64,000 bases of DNA from Candidatus Helarchaeota archaeon (lineage in GTDB: Archaea; Asgardarchaeota; Lokiarchaeia; Helarchaeales; RDOG01). The stretch's first letter is position 1, and each line of letters starts with the position of its first letter. Below the pieces are notes generated by a model. It saw only the letters and a list, made by a program, of their open reading frames with translations. It did no database searches and had not been told where the DNA came from. The DNA lies in assembly GCA_019058315.1 (NCBI GenBank), contig JAHPZH010000003.1, forward strand, positions 268,451 through 332,450. The letters are read 5' to 3'. The translations under genes were made by a program, and so were the position numbers. Of this stretch, positions 48,119 to 56,227 are shown piece after piece.

Positions 48119-49939
48119 TTAGTGTGCTGGAACTATTAAATCACGTTCTCCAGCAGGTTTGAATTGTCTCAAGCATGCTTTTGCTAATGAAACTCGCGGA
48201 TTCTTAAAATCAAAGATTAAATCACGATCTGCGAATGCTACTTTTATAACTGGACTTACTGCATATGCTCTACCTCTACCTTGAGCCGCGGCCATCACAG
48301 CAGCAATTTGACCAGCTGAATGTCCCGCGGTATATGATCGAACCGGAAAATTCGGACCAGCAAATTCAAGAAGCCCACCTTCATCCATTCGGAAAGAACA
48401 TGAATATGGAAGTCCTACATGATCTTGAACTTCTTGTCCTGCCCAACCAGTTCTTACCCAACCCTCTTTCATCAACATTCCAATTGCATAATTCTGACCC
48501 TGAACACCAATTATTGGTGACCCTGTCATCATTGCAACTCCAGCTCCACCCAAAGCACCTATTACGGAAATTCGGTGAGCTCCACCCCAATGGAACTCCA
48601 TAAGAGATGGATATTTCTCATATTGTTCCATAGCTGCTTGAATCAACATGTCTATCATGAATTTCACTCTTTCCCATTTTGGAGGGATCCTAGGAATCTT
48701 AAACATAGAACGATTTTGTACCTCTGTAAATGATTCAAGCAAATCTTCCATAACATTACCGCAATATGCCCCTGCTGCCACAGCAGTTGAGAAACCTAAT
48801 CCACCAGACATATAAAATCCGTAATTCAACAATTCGGTCATAACAGCAGCTATAATGCCTAAACCCTTTGACATTTCGCGTTGTCTAGTTTTTGCATCAT
48901 CTAAATCTTCTTGTACCACTTCCCAATAAGCTCTAGCAGGCAACATCGCATCCGCTTGTTGGATATCTGCTAAAAAACCGTATGAGATTCCAGTGGGTTC
49001 ATTTTGTCCACGAGCTCTACTGAACCAAGTACGTTCACCCATATTTATAAGGCATGCAGATTTAGCAGCATATGCAATATCAGATATGATACTTTCACCT
49101 GTGAGCCTATAAGAGGATATAAATGACATCGAAGATTGCATGGCTGCCCATCTATAAACAACAGCACCATCAGCCATACGAACTGCAATTGTAGGTATAC
49201 GGACAGCTATGTATATTGTATCCCCAATATCACGTTTTAACATCTCAGCTTTAGTTGGATGAAACTCTTGATCAATATTAATGACAAATCTTCTATCTAT
49301 ATTGTCCACGAAATCGTCATTGCCAGTAATAACCTTAGCATGTGCATCATAGGTTAATCCAGGGTGAATTTCAGCCATATGTTCTTGAGCCACCGCACCT
49401 CCAGCTACTGTGTGTTGTAATGTTTCCAGATAAAGATTTACTGTTTCAGGTGTGATTTCCTTACCTGCTCTTACTTGTAAAACTCGATGTGGGATATCTA
49501 AATTCAAAATAACTGTACGTTTAATATCGTCAAGTAATTGCTGAATTGCAGCATTATTAACATGATGTAAATCGTCATAATCTACTATCACATCAGTCCC
49601 GCTTATAATATATGGCTCTAAAGCCCTCTGTCCTAGTGGAATACCGACTGCTCTGTTGTAAGCAGGTATTCCTCTTTCCTTTGCTATTTTCTTTCCCCAT
49701 TCGGAAAATTCTTTCTTACGCCCACTTTGACGAATTCCACCACGATGATACATTAGAGGGTCCATAGTTGATAATGGATGGATTCCATAAATTTTTTCCA
49801 TAGTTTTATAGATTAAACGGTCTTCCTCATTAGGAAGGAACTTCTGTGCCAACTTAGATAAATTATATTTATATTCTGTCTCTTTTGCAATCCTTTTTTT
49901 TCCAAATGCAAGATCTTTTCTTTTGGCCAAAAAAATCAC
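48119..49939 (-). CDS. mcrA: Alkyl/methyl-coenzyme M reductase alpha subunit (divergent, Acr-type)
   Basis: RGIPAYN, DDLHHVNNAAIQQ..DDIKRT, GKEITPETVNLYLE, GGAVAQEHMAE, RWAAMQ, RARGQNEP, YMSGGLGF, KVAFAD and FKPAGERDLIVPAH. The true start may be TTG at 49930. Confidence 0.97.
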   Translation of the reverse strand: MIFLAKRKDLAFGKKRIAKETEYKYNLSKLAQKFLPNEEDRLIYKTMEKIYGIHPLSTMDPLMYHRGGIRQSGRKKEFSEWGKKIAKERGIPAYNRAVGIPLGQRALEPYIISGTDVIVDYDDLHHVNNAAIQQLLDDIKRTVILNLDIPHRVLQVRAGKEITPETVNLYLETLQHTVAGGAVAQEHMAEIHPGLTYDAHAKVITGNDDFVDNIDRRFVINIDQEFHPTKAEMLKRDIGDTIYIAVRIPTIAVRMADGAVVYRWAAMQSSMSFISSYRLTGESIISDIAYAAKSACLINMGERTWFSRARGQNEPTGISYGFLADIQQADAMLPARAYWEVVQEDLDDAKTRQREMSKGLGIIAAVMTELLNYGFYMSGGLGFSTAVAAGAYCGNVMEDLLESFTEVQNRSMFKIPRIPPKWERVKFMIDMLIQAAMEQYEKYPSLMEFHWGGAHRISVIGALGGAGVAMMTGSPIIGVQGQNYAIGMLMKEGWVRTGWAGQEVQDHVGLPYSCSFRMDEGGLLEFAGPNFPVRSYTAGHSAGQIAAVMAAAQGRGRAYAVSPVIKVAFADRDLIFDFKNPRVSLAKACLRQFKPAGERDLIVPAH

Positions 49940-50306
49940 TTCATAATTTTTGTAAAATTAGAAAATAGAGTACTCTTTTAATTAATATTCTCTAAGCCCA
50001 TAAGACTATTTAAGAATTTGTAAATTTATCACAATTATCATATATTAGAGTTGAATGATATATTCAATTTAAAAGCTGATAAAAAATTTAATAGCAATAT
50101 TAAATATAATTGAATAAATCCTTTGTAATCTCGCGTTTAAATCTTTTAGGATATTAAATATTTAATAAATAACTAAGTTATATCAGGTATAAATTCAAAT
50201 TGAAACTTATAACCATTATCAAAAAAGTGATATATTACTATAAAATGAAAAATGGAAAAACATAATAAACTATAACAATTGCAATAGAAGTTGGGAGCAA
50301 ATAAAA

Positions 50307-51269
50307 ATGAGCAGTAAAATTGATGATAAAAGTTATTTGAAATATTTATTTCAATCATATAATCTTAAAGAATTAAAGCAAACTTGTAAGGATCTTGAAA
50401 TAAAAGGCTATTCAAAATATAAAAAAGCAGATTTAATTGAATATGTTATAGATTCAATGTCTAATGAAGAAATAGAACAGTTTTTTAAGACAAAAGAATT
50501 AGAAATTATATCTAAATCGATTGATGATGCGGTTAATATAATAAATGGAACAGGAAGAGAATCAATCGATAGAATTAGGATTAAAAATCCTGATAATCAT
50601 GAAATTGAAATAGATTTTAAAGGATTTAATTGGGAATTATCATCATATTTATCAATAACCAAAGATAATATCCATGATCCCGAAAGAGATTGTGATTGTA
50701 GAATAGGATCTGAAGGAGGTCTATGCATTCATTTTTGGGTGGGATTTATTTTTTCTCTAATACAAGATTATTTTAAACTTGAAAATTGGAAAATGACAAA
50801 AATCCCAAGCGATTTTGAAGAGAAAATAAAAACCATTTCTATATCTAAATTATCAACAGAAAGTGAGGATAAAAAATCGGGTCGTAAAGCTCCTACTTCA
50901 GTAACTATGATTGATGAAAGCTCAGCGATGTCGAAAATTTCCAAATATATTGATTCCAGAATAACAATATATCAAGGAGAAATCAAAGAGATCATCGAAA
51001 GAGAATCCGAATTTGAAGGACATAAATCAAAATATTATTTATTGGATTTAGAAAATGTCAAACTCGGACCTCAATTAAAGAAAAAAAGTGATTATGATGA
51101 AAAGGTAATAGAAGAAATTTCAAAACTAACAATTAGAGTCGGTGAAAAAGGCTATAATAAAGTATCATTGAAAGTAGGAGATAAAATATCTTGTAATGGG
51201 GCATTAAATAAAGATAATTTTTTAGGTATATTATTAAAAAGATCTACTTCAATAAAAAAGGTAAAATGA
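50307..51269 (+). CDS. Putative nucleic-acid-binding protein: HeH/Rho-N-like, SWIM-type zinc finger, OB-fold-like C-terminus
   Basis: LKELKQTCKDLEIKGYSKYKKADLI; CDC-x8-CIH; C-terminal LKVGDKISCNG. Confidence 0.65.
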   Translation: MSSKIDDKSYLKYLFQSYNLKELKQTCKDLEIKGYSKYKKADLIEYVIDSMSNEEIEQFFKTKELEIISKSIDDAVNIINGTGRESIDRIRIKNPDNHEIEIDFKGFNWELSSYLSITKDNIHDPERDCDCRIGSEGGLCIHFWVGFIFSLIQDYFKLENWKMTKIPSDFEEKIKTISISKLSTESEDKKSGRKAPTSVTMIDESSAMSKISKYIDSRITIYQGEIKEIIERESEFEGHKSKYYLLDLENVKLGPQLKKKSDYDEKVIEEISKLTIRVGEKGYNKVSLKVGDKISCNGALNKDNFLGILLKRSTSIKKVK

Positions 51270-51387
51270 TAATAATTATTTGTTTTCTAATTAACTGTAA
51301 TATTATTGACTTAAAACCAAATGAATAAAAACGGAAAATTATAATAATTTATTATATTACTTTGTTTTTAGTATAATTTAATAAAAT

Positions 51388-52008
51388 TTGAATGAGTGTA
51401 TTGAATTGTCTGAAGAAAAGAAAGAAGAATCAGAGGAATTTGATGATGAATACGATGAAGACGTAGAATATGAGTATGAATACGAATACGAATATGTTAC
51501 TGAAGAAGGCGAAGAAGCAGAAGAGGGAGAAAAAGAGACATACACATATAGAGAGCTTGCCGATGGTTGGTGGAAAGATATCGATTTTATCTTACCCGGA
51601 AGAGAAAAAGAACCAACTGTATTTGAAATATTTCATGATATGATGGTTTCCAATATAGTTGGAAATCCAAAAGCTGTTGAAATTGCAGGCTTTTTTGTTC
51701 CACGTGTAATATTATTAGAAATTGATCATCCGAAACGAGAAACCGAATATGTTCGAATCATGATTTCACCTACAGATATTGCACCTGGAATCCCTGACGC
51801 TGAACCTGATTTAATAATTCATTTTCGTTATTACGATTTTATTAGAACTCTTTTGGGGGAAATAGACATTATGACTCCTTTATGGAGTGGAGGTGGGTGG
51901 ATTTTGGGAAATATGACCGCCGCATTAGATTTAAGAGATATTATGGACGCTGCAAACGAAAGAGAAGTCCAGAAACGCCCAAAGATTTGGCCATTAGGGT
52001 CTCCTTAA
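51388..52008 (+). CDS. Acidic-N-terminus protein with SCP2-like C-terminal domain
   Basis: E/D/Y-rich start (EYEYEYEYEY); PDLIIHFRYYDFIRTLLGEIDIMTPLWSGGGWILGNMTAAL resembles the SCP2 C-terminus. Confidence 0.6.
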   Translation: MNECIELSEEKKEESEEFDDEYDEDVEYEYEYEYEYVTEEGEEAEEGEKETYTYRELADGWWKDIDFILPGREKEPTVFEIFHDMMVSNIVGNPKAVEIAGFFVPRVILLEIDHPKRETEYVRIMISPTDIAPGIPDAEPDLIIHFRYYDFIRTLLGEIDIMTPLWSGGGWILGNMTAALDLRDIMDAANEREVQKRPKIWPLGSP

Positions 52009-52110
52009 TTATTTTTTAATATTTCATTTATTTTTCTATTTTAAAATAACTTTTATTATCCTTTTCTTTTTGTCATTTCAAATAATAAATTCTTGAAGGC
52101 TTTCATTTAG

Positions 52111-53211
52111 ATGTCAAAAGAAATTAAGGTATTTGGGGCTTCTCTTGATCCTTCTGATACTCAAACAAAGATTTCAATTAAACAAGCTTATCTAAGTGCC
52201 TTAGCTTCGGGTGACAAAGAAAAGTCTAAATTTCTTGACGCTTATGATGTTTTTATAGCACATTCAAAATACCTTGGACTTCCAAATTTTAAAAAAATTG
52301 GTAAATTCCCAGTTGAATCTTGGTTGAGACCAAAACCCGATCTTGAAGATTTTCAATTTGTGAATCCTCTAGATTTTAGAATTTTTTTAGACAGCAATGG
52401 ATGTAAGGAATATTCTGATGAAATTGAACAATTTATCGAAGAAAAAGTGTTACCTGATATACCCCTAATGATCGGTGCTGATCATTCTCTTACGGGTGGT
52501 ATTTTAAGTGTATTTTCGGATAGGTTTAGAGCAGAGAATATTACTTTAATAATGCTTGATGGACATTTCGATGCTATACCCCCTAAATTACGACTTGACC
52601 TAGCAAAATATTCTAAAGATCACAAAGAAGAAATCGGAATTCTTTTTCCAGAGTTAGTCGAATCGATTAATGGAAAGCTTGAAATTCCTCGAACATATAA
52701 TTGTGGCACTTTTCTATATTATTTAATTAAAGAAGGGAAGATTAAACCTGAAAATCTGATAGTTTTTGGATGTATGGATTATCCTAGAGATGAGTTTAGA
52801 AGTATAAAAGACCCGAGAGTAAAAAGTTACGTCGATTTTTATCTTTCCTATGAAAAAAAAGGTGTGAAATTTATTCCAAATTCAGGGGATAACGAAAAAA
52901 TGAAAAAGCAGTTTGAAGAAGCTCTTCAATCTATTAACACTCCCTATGTATATGTATCGATCGATGTAGATGTCGGCGCTTTAAATGCCATTCTCGCATC
53001 CCGGTTTTATGATTACACTGGAGTTAATGAAGAATGCTTGTATAATGCTGCTAAATCCTTAAAAAATTTCATTCACACAAAGAAAGTTGAGTTAGTTGGA
53101 CTCGACATTATGGAAGTTGAAACGTATTTCTTAAACCTTAAATTAAAAAAATTCGGAAAAGCTGATAATACTATTGAAATTATGGATAAATTTTTGGAAA
53201 TTCTACTTTGA
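52111..53211 (+). CDS. Arginase/ureohydrolase family protein
   Basis: GADHS, DGHFD, SIDVD and GLDIMEV. Confidence 0.9.
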   Translation: MSKEIKVFGASLDPSDTQTKISIKQAYLSALASGDKEKSKFLDAYDVFIAHSKYLGLPNFKKIGKFPVESWLRPKPDLEDFQFVNPLDFRIFLDSNGCKEYSDEIEQFIEEKVLPDIPLMIGADHSLTGGILSVFSDRFRAENITLIMLDGHFDAIPPKLRLDLAKYSKDHKEEIGILFPELVESINGKLEIPRTYNCGTFLYYLIKEGKIKPENLIVFGCMDYPRDEFRSIKDPRVKSYVDFYLSYEKKGVKFIPNSGDNEKMKKQFEEALQSINTPYVYVSIDVDVGALNAILASRFYDYTGVNEECLYNAAKSLKNFIHTKKVELVGLDIMEVETYFLNLKLKKFGKADNTIEIMDKFLEILL

Positions 53212-53351
53212 TAAAGAATGTCTTTAGAAATCGCTTTGATTCCATTTTTAGTTATTTTTTTGAGTTATAATTTAATTCGAATATTAGTTAGTTATTTTAT
53301 TTTTTATATAAGAATAAATTAATGATTTTATAATGATTTAATGATGATAAT

Positions 53352-53624
53352 ATGATCTATTCCAGGAATGAACTTGATTCAATTAGGAAAAAAAAATTGA
53401 AAATTGAAATTCTCTCGGCAAAAAGACTATTAAAAAATACAGAGCTGCTAAAGATTGCAGATCAATTCATTCATAATAGTTTTAAGATAATGGAAAATGG
53501 ATTTATTAAAAGAAACCCAACTTTGAATCAAGATGAAATTAAAAAAAAGATAAGGGAGAGCTTGTTGTTTTCACAAAAAATTGAGAAATTAAGAAAAAGG
53601 GGAAGAATTCTTTGGCAGAGTTAG
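53352..53624 (+). CDS. Small protein translationally coupled to a nucleotidyltransferase (antitoxin-like partner)
   Basis: 90-aa basic ORF overlapping the next gene by 13 nt. Confidence 0.55.
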   Translation: MIYSRNELDSIRKKKLKIEILSAKRLLKNTELLKIADQFIHNSFKIMENGFIKRNPTLNQDEIKKKIRESLLFSQKIEKLRKRGRILWQS

Positions 53625-54193
53625 AAAATATTTTGGCTCGTTTAGGAAAAATATTTAGCTCGGTAAGAATTAAATACGTCATTGTAGGAGGGATTGCGGT
53701 AATTCATTATGGTCATTTAAGAACTACCCAGGATATAGATGTTATTATTGAAGATGACCAAAAAAATTTTCCAGAATTATTAAAACTTCTAAAAAAACAT
53801 GATTTTGAGATAAATGACGATGATTTTTATCAAAGTTACAAAGAAAAATCACACATCACAGTATTTGATAAAAAGAGTTACTTGAGATTAGACATTAAAG
53901 TTGCGTCTAAAATTCTAGATAAAGAGACACTGAAAAATGCCATAAAAGAAAAAATTTTCAATTATGAATTATTCATAGCGTCTTTAGAATATGTTCTGAT
54001 AGGTAAAATATTATTCATTGGTAAAATTGATGATATTCCAGATTCTGAACTTCTTGAATATCAAGATATATTGGATTTTCTAACCATCTATCATGCAAAT
54101 ACAGATCAAATTAGAGAAAAATTCTTAAAGGAGAAGGTTTTGGAGATTGGATTAGAATCAACATTAGATAGATTGACTTCTTTTAAATTCTAA
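53612..54193 (+). CDS. Nucleotidyltransferase (AbiEii/DUF6036-like)
   Basis: YVIVGGIAV..YG..RTTQDIDV; ASLEY.LI.K...D..D. Confidence 0.85.
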   Translation: MAELENILARLGKIFSSVRIKYVIVGGIAVIHYGHLRTTQDIDVIIEDDQKNFPELLKLLKKHDFEINDDDFYQSYKEKSHITVFDKKSYLRLDIKVASKILDKETLKNAIKEKIFNYELFIASLEYVLIGKILFIGKIDDIPDSELLEYQDILDFLTIYHANTDQIREKFLKEKVLEIGLESTLDRLTSFKF

Positions 54194-54290
54194 AATTTTC
54201 TCTAATTTACAATCGGAGTCTGAAATATAATTTATAAATTAGTAGACTCAGAGGAATATCTTGGGTCCATTGAGTAATACTTGAGTGCAT

Positions 54291-54635
54291 TTATTTCTTT
54301 TTAGTCCATCTATTCATATCCCGATTTTCATACTTTTTCAAAATTAATTCAAAATTTTCTTCTAGATCGATATTATAATAATTTGCCAAGCAAATGATGC
54401 TAAAAATTATATCTCCTAATTCCATACCTATATTTTTTTTATAATTAGTATCAGCACCCTTTTTCTTTGTTTTGTAACCTTCTAGAGCATTAATTTCTCT
54501 TGAAACCTCTCCAATTTCCTCAACAATTGAGGCGAGCATGGATAATGGTGGCCAATAACCTTCTTCGAACATGCTAATAAATTCATGAACACGTTTTTGA
54601 GCTTTTTTAAAAGATAATTCCGACAATCTTTTCAC
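54291..54635 (-). CDS. MazG-like nucleotide pyrophosphohydrolase
   Basis: GYWPPLS, EEIGEVSRE, ELGDIIF..ICLAN and RD..RW. Confidence 0.92.
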   Translation of the reverse strand: MKRLSELSFKKAQKRVHEFISMFEEGYWPPLSMLASIVEEIGEVSREINALEGYKTKKKGADTNYKKNIGMELGDIIFSIICLANYYNIDLEENFELILKKYENRDMNRWTKKK

Positions 54636-54804
54636 ATTCCATTTATTTATATTTTATTTCTATAATTTGAATTAAAATTATAATAAGAAATAGTTTAAAT
54701 AAACGTACTATCTCACAAATTAACCAAACTAAAAGCATTATATATTATGTTTCCTTTTACAATCTTAGCCTTAAATAAATTAAAAATTTCCAAAGGTTAA
54801 ACTA

Positions 54805-56166
54805 ATGAAAAGAAAAGCAGAGCGTTTAATTCAAAGTTTACAACAACGAGGAATATTACATGATAAGCGCTTAATAAGAGCATTTTTAAGAGTGCCCCTT
54901 GAGGAATTTATACCAAAAAATTTGACTGATGACCGAAGAATATATGAAGATATTCCCCAATTATTTTATTCAAGACCACCAACTCGTAGAACGATAAGTG
55001 CACCTCATATGATCTGTATTATGTTACAGAATCTTCATTTAGAAGAAAATGATAATTTATTGATTTTAGGTTCAAAAAGTGGATATATATCGGCTATTGC
55101 CAGTCATTTATGTCCAGCTGGAGAAATTATTATTGTAGAATCCATAAAAGAATTAGTTAATATTACTCGAAATAACCTTGATAGAACTGGATTTGGAAAA
55201 AACATTACAATTATTCATGCAAATGTTGTATATGGGTTAAAGGAATCCGGACCATGGCAAAAAATTCTGGTTACTGGACAAGTTGAGAAAGAAGATTTAG
55301 ATTATGTAATTTATCAATTAGATCCTAATGGAGGTATGTTATTCGCTCCTATTGGAAATATGTATAAGCAAGATTTTACTCAAATCATCCGTAATGGTGA
55401 TGATTTCTATTATAAAAAGATGGGAGAGGTAATTTTTGGTCCATTAGATCTCTATGAACCCACAATTCCAGAAGAGGAAACCTCTCGTGAATTGCCTGAG
55501 AGATTTCCTCCAGTTCAATTTAAGCTTGATCTGAATTTCCTTGATAAAAATGTTAAGAAATTCATAGATAGACAAAGAACTCGAGAACGGAGTATAGAGC
55601 AATCTGGTGAAGAGGAAATGATAAATATCGCCATTGAACTAGCTAGGGATAATGCCGGTTTCATTCACATCATATCTATAGCTGATCGTCTTAATAAAGA
55701 TCCTGAAGAAGTGTTAAATATATTGAAGAAATCTAAATTAGGAATCATTGAAGATTTTGGAACCTCCAATTTAGTAACAACATTATTCATTTTGAAAGAA
55801 GAAATTCAAGAAACCATTGCTCAGTCAATAGAAATTATTGACAAAATTATTATAATCGTAAAAAATATGAAAAAAGAACAAAAATTAGAGAAGATTTTAG
55901 ATTATTTAAATGAATTTGATACAGAAATAGAGGATTTATCTGAGAAAGGTCCAGAATCTGTATATAGAATAAAGAGATTGAAAAATTTGGCGAGTTCAAT
56001 TAGAAGTAATTCGATTCTTTTAACACGCCTTGAAGAAAAAATTGTCTCAGACCCAAAATTAATGGAACAATCCAAAATAATTACAAACCAACAAATTTTA
56101 GATATAGAAGAACTTAACGAAAATCTACAAGAACTTTCGAAGAAATTTCGTAGCTGGCAAGTTTGA
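54805..56166 (+). CDS. Protein-L-isoaspartate O-methyltransferase-like domain with long C-terminal extension
   Basis: AFLRVPLEEFIP, TISAPHMI, ILGSKSGY, GPWQKILVT and QL..GG.LFAPIG; then a ~230-aa helical extension. Confidence 0.82.
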   Translation: MKRKAERLIQSLQQRGILHDKRLIRAFLRVPLEEFIPKNLTDDRRIYEDIPQLFYSRPPTRRTISAPHMICIMLQNLHLEENDNLLILGSKSGYISAIASHLCPAGEIIIVESIKELVNITRNNLDRTGFGKNITIIHANVVYGLKESGPWQKILVTGQVEKEDLDYVIYQLDPNGGMLFAPIGNMYKQDFTQIIRNGDDFYYKKMGEVIFGPLDLYEPTIPEEETSRELPERFPPVQFKLDLNFLDKNVKKFIDRQRTRERSIEQSGEEEMINIAIELARDNAGFIHIISIADRLNKDPEEVLNILKKSKLGIIEDFGTSNLVTTLFILKEEIQETIAQSIEIIDKIIIIVKNMKKEQKLEKILDYLNEFDTEIEDLSEKGPESVYRIKRLKNLASSIRSNSILLTRLEEKIVSDPKLMEQSKIITNQQILDIEELNENLQELSKKFRSWQV

Positions 56167-56227
56167 AATTTTATATATTTTTTATATTAAATTTTTTAAT
56201 TTATCGATAAATTTTTTTGATGTGAAA

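Noticed and set aside
48265-48603. Small ORFs overlapping mcrA (also similar ones within purA, fixC, glcD, the MTase and NMO)
   Set aside because: Fully nested in well-supported genes and without recognisable motifs.
43312-49939. Canonical methanogenesis or methane oxidation
   Set aside because: The McrA motifs depart from methane-type MCR at several pocket residues, and no mtr or methylotrophic methyltransferase genes occur in the window; an alkyl-CoM reductase fits better, though the substrate cannot be named.
54205-54290. Possible ncRNA/hairpin (GAGTCT 54216-54221 ... AGACTC 54244-54249)
   Set aside because: Only a 6-bp stem, with no tRNA cloverleaf or clear C/D boxes; compatible with chance.
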